From assembly GCA_963769425.1 (NCBI GenBank), contig CAVYLP010000002.1, positions 96,001-160,000 of the forward strand: a DNA stretch of 64,000 nt. Reading direction: 5' to 3'. This DNA comes from Candidatus Bathyarchaeota archaeon (GTDB taxonomy: Archaea > Thermoproteota > Bathyarchaeia > TCS64). Position numbers and translations under genes: made by a program. Positions within the stretch are counted from its first letter, which is position 1, and every line of letters starts with the position of its first letter. Shown one piece after another: positions 51,833 to 62,461 of the stretch. The notes under the pieces were generated by a model that did no database searches, was not told the origin of the DNA, and was given only the letters and a program-made list of their open reading frames with translations.

Positions 51833-52665
51833 TGCGCCTGTATGTGAGTAAGCCGGCTCCTGAGCCTCTCGTAGAAGGGCTTGAACCTTATGAAGCGAGT
51901 TTTATTGGAGGAGACCTCGATCTCGACCGTTGAGAGGGGCTTCAACCCGGTGTAGACCTTCCCGTCGACGATGGCGAGAGCGTCCGCCTTGGGCTTCCGC
52001 AGCTCGATCGTGACCTTGGAGCCCAGTGGGAGGGTTATGCTTCTGAAATAGCTGTAGGGGTTGACGGCGGTGAGTATCATCGCATCAACTCCAGGGGCGA
52101 GTATCGAACCGCCGGCTGAGAGGTTGTAGGCGGTAGACCCGGTTGGCGTCGAGACGATGATTCCGTCCGCCTGAATCTCGGTGAGCGGCTCCTCATCGAC
52201 GAGTAACCTGCAGAGGATCATCTTCGAGGGTAGACTGGATGAAACGAGTACCTCGTTGAGGGAATCGGGGAAGTCCTCATCCATTTCGAGACATCGGCTC
52301 CGCAGCTTAACGCAGGTCTCAAGATCGTACTTACCCTCAGCAACCCTGTCGATCGCCGACTCAATCTCATCCTTGAATACCTCGCAGAGGAAGCCCCTCC
52401 TGCCCATGTTCACGCCGAGGAGGGGCGTGTCTGGGACCTTGAGCCCCATCGCGACGCGAAGGATTGTTCCGTCGCCTCCCACGGCGACGACGAAGTCCGC
52501 CTCCATGTCGGTGAGGTCGACGGTCTCGTTCTTCATCTCAAGCGCCATGGCGGTCTCCGTCTCGACGAGAACCTCAGCGCCCCGGGACTCGAGAAGCTCA
52601 ATGACCCTCCGGGTCACGGGGAACGCGGCATCCGTGTCCGTCCTAGAGACGACGCCAACCCTCAT
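51829..52665 (-). CDS. nadK: NAD kinase
   Basis: GGDGTIL, NE, DGIIVSTPTGSTAYNLSAGG. Confidence 0.95.
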   Translation of the reverse strand: MRVGVVSRTDTDAAFPVTRRVIELLESRGAEVLVETETAMALEMKNETVDLTDMEADFVVAVGGDGTILRVAMGLKVPDTPLLGVNMGRRGFLCEVFKDEIESAIDRVAEGKYDLETCVKLRSRCLEMDEDFPDSLNEVLVSSSLPSKMILCRLLVDEEPLTEIQADGIIVSTPTGSTAYNLSAGGSILAPGVDAMILTAVNPYSYFRSITLPLGSKVTIELRKPKADALAIVDGKVYTGLKPLSTVEIEVSSNKTRFIRFKPFYERLRSRLTHIQAQ

Positions 52666-52733
52666 GGCTCTTCAACTGAGAAGAGCCTCGGCGGTGATTT
52701 AAAGACCCACCGGGGAAAAGTCGCAGAAAGGGT

Positions 52734-53894
52734 TTAGACGATGATGCCTGCGGCGCGTAACTCCGCGAGCTTCTCGTCGTTGTAGCCTAGGAGGCCCTTG
52801 AGTACCTCGTCGTTGTGCTCGCCGAGGATAGGGGCTGGCGCATTGATGACGGCGGGTGTCTTGCTGTACTTGACGGGGTGCTGCGGGACCTTGAATTTAC
52901 CAGCGAGCTTGTGGTCGAGCTGGACGACGGTGTTCCTCGCCTTGACCTGTGGGTCCTCGAACATGTCGGGGATGTGGTGGATGGGTGCGCATGGTACAGC
53001 GTTAGCGGCGAGTATCGTTATCGCGTCCGCCGCGGTCTGTCCGTCAAGCCACTTCTTGAAGACGTCACTCCCCTCCTCGATCTCCTCGACTCCTATGGCC
53101 TTCATGACCCTACCGTCCATGTTCTGATCGGCAGCGACGTAGATGTACTTCCCGTCCTTAGCCTGGAAGACGCCCCACGCACCGATGCCCTTGCGCTCCT
53201 GCCTCGTGACCCAGGGGAGTTTGCCGCTGAGGCTGTAGCTCGCGATGTCGACCCCACACTGGGCGATCATGCAGTCGAGCTGCGATACGTCGATGAGCTG
53301 GCCTTCGCCCGTCCTGTCGCGGTGCCTGAGTGCGCCGAGGATAGCGATGGTGGCGTAGAGGCCAGGGTCGAGGTCGCCATGGTATTCAGCGGGTACCACC
53401 GGTGGGCCATTGGGATCGATGTTGTCGCCTGAGAGGCGTAGCCAGCTGCTCTCGCTCTCGGCGATCGGCGCGAAGCTGGTGCGGTCCCTGAAGGGGCCGT
53501 CAAGGCCGAATCCGCTTAGACTAGCGTAGATTATATCTGGCTTCACGGCCTTGACCTGCTCGTAGCTGAGGCCGAGCTTGTCCATCGTGCCACGCTTGAA
53601 GTTCTCGACTATCACGTCGCTCTTCTTAGCCAGCTCCTTCACGATCTCAAGGGCCTTGGGGTCCTTGAGGTTGAAGGCGAGTCCCTTCTTGTTCCTGTTG
53701 AGGTAGTGAAAGCTGGCGCTGGCGCCTCCGAAGAGGTTTGTGCCGAGCCTATTGATCTCACCCCACGGGGGCTCAACCTTGAGGACCTCAGCGCCCATGT
53801 CCGCCATGATCATGGTCGCGTAGGGGCCGAAGAAGACGTGGCCGAAGTCTAGGACGCGTACGCCGTCGAGCATACCCTTACCCATAACGTTCAC
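52734..53894 (-). CDS. CaiB/BaiF family (class III) CoA-transferase
   Basis: GVRVLDF, GAEVLKVEPP, NRNKK, DVIVENF, APILGEHN. Confidence 0.92.
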   Translation of the reverse strand: MNVMGKGMLDGVRVLDFGHVFFGPYATMIMADMGAEVLKVEPPWGEINRLGTNLFGGASASFHYLNRNKKGLAFNLKDPKALEIVKELAKKSDVIVENFKRGTMDKLGLSYEQVKAVKPDIIYASLSGFGLDGPFRDRTSFAPIAESESSWLRLSGDNIDPNGPPVVPAEYHGDLDPGLYATIAILGALRHRDRTGEGQLIDVSQLDCMIAQCGVDIASYSLSGKLPWVTRQERKGIGAWGVFQAKDGKYIYVAADQNMDGRVMKAIGVEEIEEGSDVFKKWLDGQTAADAITILAANAVPCAPIHHIPDMFEDPQVKARNTVVQLDHKLAGKFKVPQHPVKYSKTPAVINAPAPILGEHNDEVLKGLLGYNDEKLAELRAAGIIV

Positions 53895-54158
53895 CGAATC
53901 CTGTGAAAGAGACGGGCGGGGCGGATAAAGTTTATGCGGTCCACGCCCATGACACGTATGCGAGTTATAGCTTAGCGGGAGGCCTCCTGGGTCGGCTCAG
54001 GGGCTACTTCAAGGGGTACCTTGAGAGTTTCGAGAGGGGTGGAAGTAGTACGGTGTCTTGTGGGTGGTCTTCACTAGCGTCATGCTGTTCGCGTTGCTTG
54101 TCTTAGGAACATTCGCCCTCGGCCTCTACTTCTTCATCTTCCCCAGCTTTAGCAGCGT

Positions 54159-54644
54159 CTAGGGCTTCGAATCCCAGATCTTGTCTCCGACGTAGTGGAG
54201 GTTGTGTATCACCTTGCCCTTCTTCTCGGCCAAGATGGCGGCCGAAGGCTTCAACGCCTTACCGATAGCCAACGCTTTTCCGTGCTTCACGTCACGAACA
54301 ACAACCAGGGTACCCTCCTCGAATGGGGTCTTGATCTCGGTTATGCCCGGAGCCATCACATCCGCGCCCTTGCAGACAAATGGTATCGCACCCATGTCGA
54401 CGATCACGGCGGGTAGTGAGTCAATGCACTTGCACCTCAGCGTCGGGTAGAGGCTCCCCTCAAACCTGAACAACAAAATCTCGTCGTCTAAGACGTAGAC
54501 CTTGGTGCCGTCCTCGGTCTCCGCCTCCTCAACCAAATTGAATGATTGGCCCTTCAGGTAGCTCGCAGCGCCCTCAAGGACGCTCCTGGCGTCCTGCCTT
54601 CTGAGGGCCCGCCTCTTCTTGACCCTTGGAGCTGATTCGCTCAT
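54159..54644 (-). CDS. PUA domain RNA-binding protein (DUF1947/MCT-1-like)
   Basis: YPTL, VDMGAIPFVCKGADVMAPGI, HYVGDKIW. Confidence 0.9.
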   Translation of the reverse strand: MSESAPRVKKRRALRRQDARSVLEGAASYLKGQSFNLVEEAETEDGTKVYVLDDEILLFRFEGSLYPTLRCKCIDSLPAVIVDMGAIPFVCKGADVMAPGITEIKTPFEEGTLVVVRDVKHGKALAIGKALKPSAAILAEKKGKVIHNLHYVGDKIWDSKP

Positions 54645-54798
54645 CGGGACAAGTTACGTCGCCGAGGTTAAGAAGCCTACGCGGCTGATGATTGTTGAAA
54701 ACATTCGATTCGCCCCTTCGAGGTTGAGGGACACCTTTTTACAAAGCCGTCTCTATATCATGTTTAACAAAGCGTGCAAGAACCTGAGGTAAACTAAA

Positions 54799-55041
54799 AT
54801 GAATGATCAAAAAACATTTAAAATGAAGCTGTACACGACGAAACCCGAAGGCGTAACGGTTTTCAATAAAGATAATGCGCCGACGCCGAGGAACCTTGAG
54901 CCATTCGTGACCGGCGAAGGCCCGTACGTGTATCTGTGTGGTAAATGTGACCACGTCCTTTTGAGAAACGTCCGCCAGAGTCAGGTGACTAAGGCGCTCT
55001 ACAAGTGCCCCAAATGCGGGGCCTATAACCAGATCGAGTAA
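54799..55041 (+). CDS. Small zinc-ribbon protein
   Basis: CGKC and CPKCGAYN. Confidence 0.7.
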   Translation: MNDQKTFKMKLYTTKPEGVTVFNKDNAPTPRNLEPFVTGEGPYVYLCGKCDHVLLRNVRQSQVTKALYKCPKCGAYNQIE

Positions 55042-55078
55042 AACCTATACGCGAAAAGTTATGGGAATTTTTCCTCAC

Positions 55079-57004
55079 TTAAGCGACGGTGTAGGTGTCG
55101 AGGTTCTCGGGCGCTATCCCGTATATTCCCCTCTGCTTGGCGACGACGCGCGCGAGGTTCTCGCACTTCGACTCCTCGCCGTGTATGACGAAGACGCGCT
55201 TCGGTTGCGGGTGGAGGCGGCGAACATAGTTTACGAGCTGGCGCCAGTCACTGTGGCCGCTGAAGCCCTCGATCGTGTAGTTCTTCATCGCGACGTTTAT
55301 GATCTCCATCTTGCCGTTCTGCCCGTACATCTGCGCCGAGCCCATCCCAGACTGTATGCGCTGACCCATCGTGCCAGCCACCTGGTAGCTGACGAAGCAG
55401 AGGGCGTTGTTCTCGTCGGGGGCGAGGCGCTTGAAGTAGTCGATGACGGGTCCGCCCTCCATCATGCCCGCCGTGGCCATGATGATCGCCGGGCCGCCGT
55501 TCACTATCTCGTCCCTCTTATCCTGCTGCTTGACGACGGTGAAGTAGTCGCTCTCGAATGGGTTGATGCCGTCGCGCAGTATCTGGTCCCTTATGTCGTT
55601 ACTCAGGTACTGGGGATAGGCGGTGTGGATGCCGGTGACCTCGCTGATCATGCCCTCGATGTAGACGGGGGCCTCCGTCATCTTCCCCTCCTTCATGTAC
55701 TTGTTGATGACCATCATGATCTCCTGAGCGCGCCCGACGGCGGGCACTGGGATCAGAAGCTTCCCCTTCGTGAGGGTCTTGTTGGCGATCTCGACGAAGT
55801 TCGCCTCCGTCTCCTCGCGGTCCGGCGTCACGTTATCGATGCCGCCGTAGGTGCTCTCCATGATGAGTGTCTCAACCCGTGGGAACTGGATGGACGCCGG
55901 CTGCAGTAGCTGCGTAGGGCCGTACTTGAAGTCGCCCGTGTAGACGACGTTATGAAGCCCCTTGCCGATGTGCAGGTGCGCCTGGGCGGAGCCGAGTATG
56001 TGCCCCGCATTGTGGAGCGTGAGCCTGACATCCGGGCTTATGTCCGTCACCTCCCCGTATCCGAGGGGGATGGTCCTCATGATAACCTCCCGTACCTCCT
56101 CGTTACTGTAGGGGAGGAATCGCCCCTCCTTGCTCGTAACGTCGAGGTAGTCACTCTGTAGGAGCACCATGAGGCTGGCTGTTGGCTCCGAGCAGTAGAT
56201 GGGGCCCTCGTACCCGTACTTGTAGAGGTAAGGTAGGAACCCGCAGTGGTCGAGGTGGGCATGTGTGATGACCACGGCGTCGAGCTTGGTAATGTCGAAC
56301 TCCTCGGTGTCGATCCTCGGGTAGGCCCCGATGGGGTTTGAAGTGCCCGGGTTTATACCGCAGTCCATGAGGATGCGGCTCTCCCTCGTCCTGATGAGGA
56401 CAGCGGACCTACCCACCTGCCGGGCTGCGCCGAGGAAGGTGACCCTCACATCCCCCGACTGCTGGTACATGGGGCGGAAGATGGCCTCACCCGTCTCGCG
56501 GAGGAAGCGCTCGCGCTCCTTGCTCTTGCCGTAGAGGTATCCGCGCACCATCTTGATGGTCATGCTGGGGATCGGCGGTGAACGGACCACATTGGGGCTC
56601 CACCGTGTCCGCTTCACTATCTCGAGGAGGTTCTGCCCGTTCTTCCCTATGGCGACCCCTGGCTTCTCCACCTCGAGCGTGACCTCGCCGAGGCTCGGGT
56701 CGAAGTTGCTCTGGACGAGCCCAGCCTCCGCGAGTATCTCCTTCACGATCCTCTCCGCTTCAAGCTCGTTGGCGCGGACGGAGGGGTCACTTCGAATGAC
56801 AATTCGCTTCTTTATGATGCCAGCTATCTCACCGACTATGTGGCTCTGCTCGACTAGTGTCTCGGGCTTCTGAGTGTAAATGGCAAGTCTCGGACCCTCG
56901 AACTCAATCCTTGTTATACCGACGTCGGCGGGGATCTTCTCGAGGATCGTCTTCCTGATCTCTTCGTAGCTCAGTCCTTGGGGCTTCTGCATCCATGCAT
57001 CCAA
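55079..57004 (-). CDS. Beta-CASP ribonuclease aCPSF1 (FttA)
   Basis: N-terminal KH domains, HAHLDH, AGHILGS, GFSGHSD, HGE; adjacent to psmB. Confidence 0.95.
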   Translation of the reverse strand: MDAWMQKPQGLSYEEIRKTILEKIPADVGITRIEFEGPRLAIYTQKPETLVEQSHIVGEIAGIIKKRIVIRSDPSVRANELEAERIVKEILAEAGLVQSNFDPSLGEVTLEVEKPGVAIGKNGQNLLEIVKRTRWSPNVVRSPPIPSMTIKMVRGYLYGKSKERERFLRETGEAIFRPMYQQSGDVRVTFLGAARQVGRSAVLIRTRESRILMDCGINPGTSNPIGAYPRIDTEEFDITKLDAVVITHAHLDHCGFLPYLYKYGYEGPIYCSEPTASLMVLLQSDYLDVTSKEGRFLPYSNEEVREVIMRTIPLGYGEVTDISPDVRLTLHNAGHILGSAQAHLHIGKGLHNVVYTGDFKYGPTQLLQPASIQFPRVETLIMESTYGGIDNVTPDREETEANFVEIANKTLTKGKLLIPVPAVGRAQEIMMVINKYMKEGKMTEAPVYIEGMISEVTGIHTAYPQYLSNDIRDQILRDGINPFESDYFTVVKQQDKRDEIVNGGPAIIMATAGMMEGGPVIDYFKRLAPDENNALCFVSYQVAGTMGQRIQSGMGSAQMYGQNGKMEIINVAMKNYTIEGFSGHSDWRQLVNYVRRLHPQPKRVFVIHGEESKCENLARVVAKQRGIYGIAPENLDTYTVA

Positions 57005-57643
57005 CTATGCCTTCAATAACGCTTCCTTCTCGGAGGGGGTGAGCTCACGATATCCCTTCTTGTCAATGACAGCGACGTCAAAGCTGTCCCCGCTGTATGT
57101 GTCCCTCTTCATAGCGGAGTCGATAGCCCTTACAACGACTGGGAGCATCTCCTTCACGGGTTTCTCCTCCTTATACATGGCCTCGAGTACACCATAGGCG
57201 AAGGGGCTGCCGGAGCCGGTGGAGATCATCTTGTCCTCGAGGAGGCTGCCGAAGGGGTCGAGGTTGAATATGTGTGGGCCGGTCTCGTCGAATCCGCCGA
57301 CGATTGCCTGCATGGGGAGAGGTGCGCCTGCCTCGCGGTTCTGGAAGAGGATGCCGGAGACGAGGGTAGCCGCCGACTTCACGGGCATTCTGCGGCCCTT
57401 CTCCAGCTCGTAGAGCCTGGTGTTGACCTTGAGTATCTCGACAACCCTCTGCGCTACAGCGACACCACCGGCGATGGTCATCGCGAGGTTATCGGTTATC
57501 TGGTAAACCTTCTTCGCGTGCTTGCTCGCGACGTAGTTACCAGCGGTGGCCCTGGTGTCAGTGCCTAGTATGACGCCGTCCTTGCAGACGACGCCAACCG
57601 TCGTTGTCCCTTTAAACGCCTCGACTTCTTTAGCCATTTTCAT
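57005..57643 (-). CDS. psmB: Proteasome subunit beta
   Basis: KG|TTTVG propeptide site, DTRAT, GSGS, RDTYSG. Confidence 0.96.
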   Translation of the reverse strand: MKMAKEVEAFKGTTTVGVVCKDGVILGTDTRATAGNYVASKHAKKVYQITDNLAMTIAGGVAVAQRVVEILKVNTRLYELEKGRRMPVKSAATLVSGILFQNREAGAPLPMQAIVGGFDETGPHIFNLDPFGSLLEDKMISTGSGSPFAYGVLEAMYKEEKPVKEMLPVVVRAIDSAMKRDTYSGDSFDVAVIDKKGYRELTPSEKEALLKA

Positions 57644-57804
57644 CCTTCCCCTACTAACGCTCTTAGAGAGGGTATCCTTAGAAGGAAGACCAAGTTTAGA
57701 TTCTGGGTGTGGTTTAAAAACCTTTTCCGTTTACTGAAGAAAGGGAAACCAATGGGGTTATAGCCAACTGGATCCCTCCTTGATTCTAGCCCCCGGGGTT
57801 CCAG

Positions 57805-58879
57805 ATGGCTTCACCCGACCCGCCCAAGGCGATTCCTGTCCATCGCATCGACCTACCCCGGATAGTGTTGGTTGGTAAGGGTGTTCTCTCCGCACTTAAC
57901 GGGATATGCGGAGAGCTTGGGCTTCCATAGGGCACTGATTGTGACTGGGAGGAACACCCTAAAGATTGCGGGGGAGAAGGTCCAGTGGATTCTAGCGAAC
58001 GACGGGATTAATTCGGATAAGTCCATCGTTGAAGACGCCCAGCTTGAGACGGTTGGGCGCGTCATGGAAGACGCGCAGAGGTCGAAGGCTGAAGTCCTCA
58101 TCGGTGTAGGGGGAGGTAGGAGCATCGATGTCGCCAAGCTCGCTGCGGCGAAGACGGGCTGCGCATTCATAAGCGTCCCAACAGTAGCGAGTCACGATGG
58201 GATAGCCAGCAGCCTCGCATCGGTCAAGGGCATGGACCGCCCATACACTGTCAAGGCCGTCTCCCCAATAGCGGTCGTCATGGACAGCGGCATCATTGCC
58301 GCCTCCCCCTACAGGTTCACCGCCGCGGGGTGTGGAGATGTGATTAGCAAGGCCACAGAGGTGGAGGACTGGAAGCTCGCACACAGGGATAATGGTGACT
58401 ACTACGGCGCCTACGCTGGAAGCCTCGCCCTTATGAGTAGCCAGCTTATCATGGAGAGCGCCGAAAAGATACGCCAAAACACAGTGGAGACCATTAGAGA
58501 CTTACTTGAGGCTCTGATCAGCTGCAGCACAGCCATGAGCATCGCGGGGAGCAGTAGACCCTGCAGCGGCTCCGCCCACCTCTTCAGTCATTCCCTCGAC
58601 CTGATCGTCGATAAGCCCGCCCTACACGGGGAGCAATGCGGTGTAGGCACCATAATGATGGCGAAGCTGCACGGCCTCGACTGGGAGAAGATAAGGGACA
58701 GCCTCATGACGATAGGCGCGCCAACGACCGCGAAGGGTCTCGGCGTGAAGAGGGAGAAGATACTGGAGGCTCTCACAATGGCGCAGGACGTTAGGCCAGA
58801 CAGGTTCACGATTTTGTCGAAGATAAGGCTGGATCGCGCTTCCGCGGAGGCCCTCGCGACCGAGACAGGGGTCATATAG
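57805..58879 (+). CDS. egsA: sn-glycerol-1-phosphate dehydrogenase, with a +1 frameshift near the 5' end
   Basis: HRIDLPRIVLVGKG in the upstream frame from ATG 57805; GGGRSIDVAK, PTVASHDG, SSRPCSGSAH, LHGEQCG. Confidence 0.93.
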
Positions 58880-58965
58880 CCACCCCGCATAGCAGGGCTG
58901 CTGCATCGGCTACAAACTAATCTTTATATGAATAGAACCCACTCAAAAGACGAGTTAGCCCCAGG

Positions 58966-61143
58966 GTGGACCTTTTGAGCAGCGTCCAGTTGAAGATAGC
59001 CGAAGCGAAGCAGCAGAGAGACGTCGGGCGCAGCATAGCCCGGATGGACTCCGAGACGATGAAGACCCTAGGTGTCACGGTGGGTGATGTCGTGGAGATA
59101 GTGGGTAAGAAATCCACGGCCGCGAAGGCGTGGCCCGCTTATCCTGAGGACCAGGGTCTCAGCCTCCTACGCATAGATGGGTTCATTCGCAAGAATTGCA
59201 ACGTCAGCATAAACGAGTTTGTCCAGGTGAAGAAGGCGGAGGCGGAATACGCCGTCTCGGTGAAGCTCGCCCCCGTCGATATAAGGATCAGCGTTGATAA
59301 CGACTTCATACGCTTCGTGAAGGACCGCCTCATCGACAGGCCGGCGACCCGCGGCGACACGCTGCTAATCATGATGCTTGGCCACTCGGTCCCCTTCATG
59401 GTGGTGAACACCCGCCCCGCGGGCATAGTGAAGATCTCACCAACCTCCGAGATCCAGATCCTCAGCGAGCCCGTCCCCGAGATGGAGATGCCGAGCAGGA
59501 CCACCTACGAGGACATCGGTGGACTGAACGAGGAGATCCGGCGCATAAGGGAGATGGTTGAGCTCCCGCTCCGCCACCCCGAGATATTCCAGAGGCTGGG
59601 CATCGACCCGCCGAAGGGCGTGCTCCTCCACGGGCCACCCGGCTGCGGTAAGACCCTCCTCGCCCGAGCCGTCGCCAACGAGTCGGACGCCAACTTCTAC
59701 GCCATAAACGGCCCCGAGATCATGAGCAAGTTCTACGGCGAATCCGAGGGCAGGCTCAGGAAGATGTTCGAGGACGCGGAGAAGAACGCGCCCAGCATAT
59801 TATTCATAGATGAGATCGACGCCATCGCCCCGAAGAGGAGCGAGGTCACTGGTGAGGTAGAGAGGCGCGTCGTCGCCCAGCTACTCGCCAGCATGGACGG
59901 TCTGAAGAGCAGGGGTCACATCATAGTCATCGGCGCCACGAACAGGCCAGATGCTATAGACGAGGCGCTCCGCCGCCCCGGCAGGTTCGACAGGGAGATC
60001 GAGATCGCGACCCCGGGCAGGGAGGGCCGCCTTGAGATCCTGCAGATACACACGCGCGGCATGCCACTCGCAGAGGACGTAAACCTGCAGAAGGTCTCAG
60101 AGTTCACCCACGGCTACACGGGTGCTGACCTCGAGGCACTAAGCCGCGAGGCCGCCATGAAGGCGCTCCGCAGGTACCTCCCCAAGATCGACCTGGAGCA
60201 GAAGAGGATACCCCACGAGGTCCTCGACCAGATGGTGGTCACCACGGAGGACATCATGGGCGCCTTCAGAGAGGTCACTCCAACCGCGATGCGCGAAGTC
60301 TACATCGAGACGCCGAACGTCCCCTGGGACGAGGTCGGCGGACTGGAGGAGGTCAAGCAGAGCCTTAAGGAGGCCGTTGAGTGGCCGCTGAAATACCCTG
60401 AGAGGTTCACGCGCCTTGGCATACAGCCGCCCAAGGGTATACTGCTACATGGCCCACCGGGCTGCGGCAAGACGCTTCTGGCACGCGCCGTTGCGACGGA
60501 GTCCGAGGCAAACTTCATCAGCATACGCGGCCCCGAGATATTCAGTAAGTGGGTCGGGGAGTCGGAGAAGGCCATCCGCGAGACGTTCCGTAAGGCACGC
60601 ATGGCCGCGCCGAGCATCATATTCTTCGACGAGTTCGACGCCCTCGTCCCAGCGAGGGGCGGAGGCGGCGACAACCGCGTCACGGAGCGCGTCATAAGCC
60701 AGCTGCTCACCGAGATCGACGGCCTGATGAGCCTGCAGAACATAGTCGTCATCGCTGCGACGAACCGCCCAGACATGATCGACCCCGCAATACTACGCCC
60801 CGGCAGGTTCGACAGGCGCGTCTATGTCCCGCCACCAGACGGCGAGGCCCGCCTCAGGATACTGCAGATAAAGACGAAGGACATGCCCCTCGAGAAAGTG
60901 AAGATCGAGGACCTAGCAAAGAAGATGCAGGGCTACAGCGGAGCCGACATAGACTCCATCTGCCGCGAGGCGGCGATAAACGCCCTACGCCGAGACCCCG
61001 AGACCCAGAAGGTGCTGGGCACAGACTTTGACAAGGTCATGGCTGATATAGTACCCTCGATAACCCCTGAGATGGAGAAGTGGTACCAGGATACGAACAA
61101 GCGCATCCGGGACCAGCTCAAGCCCCCGATGGACATAGCATAG
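58966..61143 (+). CDS. cdc48: CDC48/VCP AAA+ ATPase
   Basis: Two AAA modules with [10 protein letters not shown] and RPGRFDR. Confidence 0.97.
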   Translation: MDLLSSVQLKIAEAKQQRDVGRSIARMDSETMKTLGVTVGDVVEIVGKKSTAAKAWPAYPEDQGLSLLRIDGFIRKNCNVSINEFVQVKKAEAEYAVSVKLAPVDIRISVDNDFIRFVKDRLIDRPATRGDTLLIMMLGHSVPFMVVNTRPAGIVKISPTSEIQILSEPVPEMEMPSRTTYEDIGGLNEEIRRIREMVELPLRHPEIFQRLGIDPPKGVLLHGPPGCGKTLLARAVANESDANFYAINGPEIMSKFYGESEGRLRKMFEDAEKNAPSILFIDEIDAIAPKRSEVTGEVERRVVAQLLASMDGLKSRGHIIVIGATNRPDAIDEALRRPGRFDREIEIATPGREGRLEILQIHTRGMPLAEDVNLQKVSEFTHGYTGADLEALSREAAMKALRRYLPKIDLEQKRIPHEVLDQMVVTTEDIMGAFREVTPTAMREVYIETPNVPWDEVGGLEEVKQSLKEAVEWPLKYPERFTRLGIQPPKGILLHGPPGCGKTLLARAVATESEANFISIRGPEIFSKWVGESEKAIRETFRKARMAAPSIIFFDEFDALVPARGGGGDNRVTERVISQLLTEIDGLMSLQNIVVIAATNRPDMIDPAILRPGRFDRRVYVPPPDGEARLRILQIKTKDMPLEKVKIEDLAKKMQGYSGADIDSICREAAINALRRDPETQKVLGTDFDKVMADIVPSITPEMEKWYQDTNKRIRDQLKPPMDIA

Positions 61144-61151
61144 GTGATCTC

Positions 61152-61361
61152 ATGGACGCGAAGCTCATCCCGTCAACAATCGTCGAGGCCCTCGGGAAGG
61201 GGGGAGCGCTAGAGTTCGACGACCTCCTAAAGCAGGTTCAGAAGTACCAGAACGGCATAAACGAGACCGAGCTCGAGAAGATACTGATGGAGATGGAGAT
61301 ACAGGGCCTCGTCAGAGTCACGAAGATGGCCAAGGGTAAGAGGCGCATAGAGCTCGCGTAG
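61152..61361 (+). CDS. Small winged-helix hypothetical protein
   Basis: ELEKILMEMEIQGLVRV...KRRIEL; ATG after GGTGA. Confidence 0.7.
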   Translation: MDAKLIPSTIVEALGKGGALEFDDLLKQVQKYQNGINETELEKILMEMEIQGLVRVTKMAKGKRRIELA

Positions 61362-61370
61362 GGGGCTACG

Positions 61371-62411
61371 GTGTTGGGCGTCCAGTTCGGCGACCTCGTG
61401 GAACCCCGCAAGATAGCACTTGACGAGCTCAAGGGCAGGTCCGTCGCCTTCGACGGGCACAACGTCATCTACCAGTTTCTAGCCATAATTCGCGGAGTGG
61501 GCGGGGAGCCCCTGAAGGACGCCAACGGCAACATCACCAGCCACCTCAGCGGCCTCATCTACAGGAACAGCAACTTGATGGAGGCGGGGGTCCGTGTCGT
61601 CTACTGCTTCGACGGAAAGCCACATGAGTTCAAGAGGCAGACACTAGAGGCACGCCATGAGGTCCGGGTGAAGGCCCGGCAGAGGTACACGAAGGCTGTG
61701 GAGGAGGGTGACAAAGAGGGCGCCCGCCGCTGGGGACAGCAGAGCGTCATCGCAACCTCCGACATCATCGGGGACGCGAAGAGGCTCCTAACCCTCATGG
61801 GCATACCCTGGATTCAGGCCCCAGGTGAGGGTGAGGCGCAAGCCGCCCACATGGCTATCAAGGGCTCAGTCTGGGCCGCGTCTAGCCAGGACTTCGACTC
61901 GATGCTCTTCGGGGCTCCGCGCCTTGTCCGCAACCTCTCTATAAGTGGGCGCCGGAAGCTCCCCCGGAAGAACGTATACATAAAGGTCGAGCCCGAGATG
62001 TACGAGTACCAGAAGCTACTGACGGAGCTCGGCCTCACGAGGGAGCAGCTTATCGACGTGGGCATACTCATCGGGACCGACTACAACCCTGAGGGGATCA
62101 AGGGGATCGGGCCGAAGACAGCGATCAAGCTCATCAAGAAGCACGGCAACCTAGAGGGCGCGTTATCTGATCTACCGAACGCGGAGTTCCCCCACCCAAT
62201 CGACGACATAAGGTCGCTATTCCTAAGCCCCGATGTGACCGACGACTACAAGATCGAGTGGGGGAAGCCCGACACGGCGGGGATTCTCAGTTACCTCTGC
62301 GGGGAGCACAACTTCAGCAGGGAGAAGGTTCTCTCCGCCATCGAGAAGATGGATAAGGGCTTCAGCAACGCCACGAAGGGCTCCGCGAGGCTCGACAAGT
62401 GGTTCGGGTAA
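61371..62411 (+). CDS. fen: Flap endonuclease 1
   Basis: YQFLAIIR, TSHLSG, EGEAQAA, SQDFD, GTDYN, GIGPK, C-terminal PIP-like LDKWF. Confidence 0.96.
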   Translation: MLGVQFGDLVEPRKIALDELKGRSVAFDGHNVIYQFLAIIRGVGGEPLKDANGNITSHLSGLIYRNSNLMEAGVRVVYCFDGKPHEFKRQTLEARHEVRVKARQRYTKAVEEGDKEGARRWGQQSVIATSDIIGDAKRLLTLMGIPWIQAPGEGEAQAAHMAIKGSVWAASSQDFDSMLFGAPRLVRNLSISGRRKLPRKNVYIKVEPEMYEYQKLLTELGLTREQLIDVGILIGTDYNPEGIKGIGPKTAIKLIKKHGNLEGALSDLPNAEFPHPIDDIRSLFLSPDVTDDYKIEWGKPDTAGILSYLCGEHNFSREKVLSAIEKMDKGFSNATKGSARLDKWFG

Positions 62412-62461
62412 GCACCCAAGTGATTTAACCCCCTCGGCCACCAGTTCCCACAGTGGTTCCT

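Noticed and set aside
53903-54162. Small membrane-protein-like frame between the CoA-transferase and PUA genes
   Set aside because: Needs a frameshift and contains a stop; not enough support to call.
40836-55155. GCGCGC runs in the core region (e.g. about 40839, 41351, 42302, 55148)
   Set aside because: They lie inside intact reading frames of GC-rich genes and are expected by chance.
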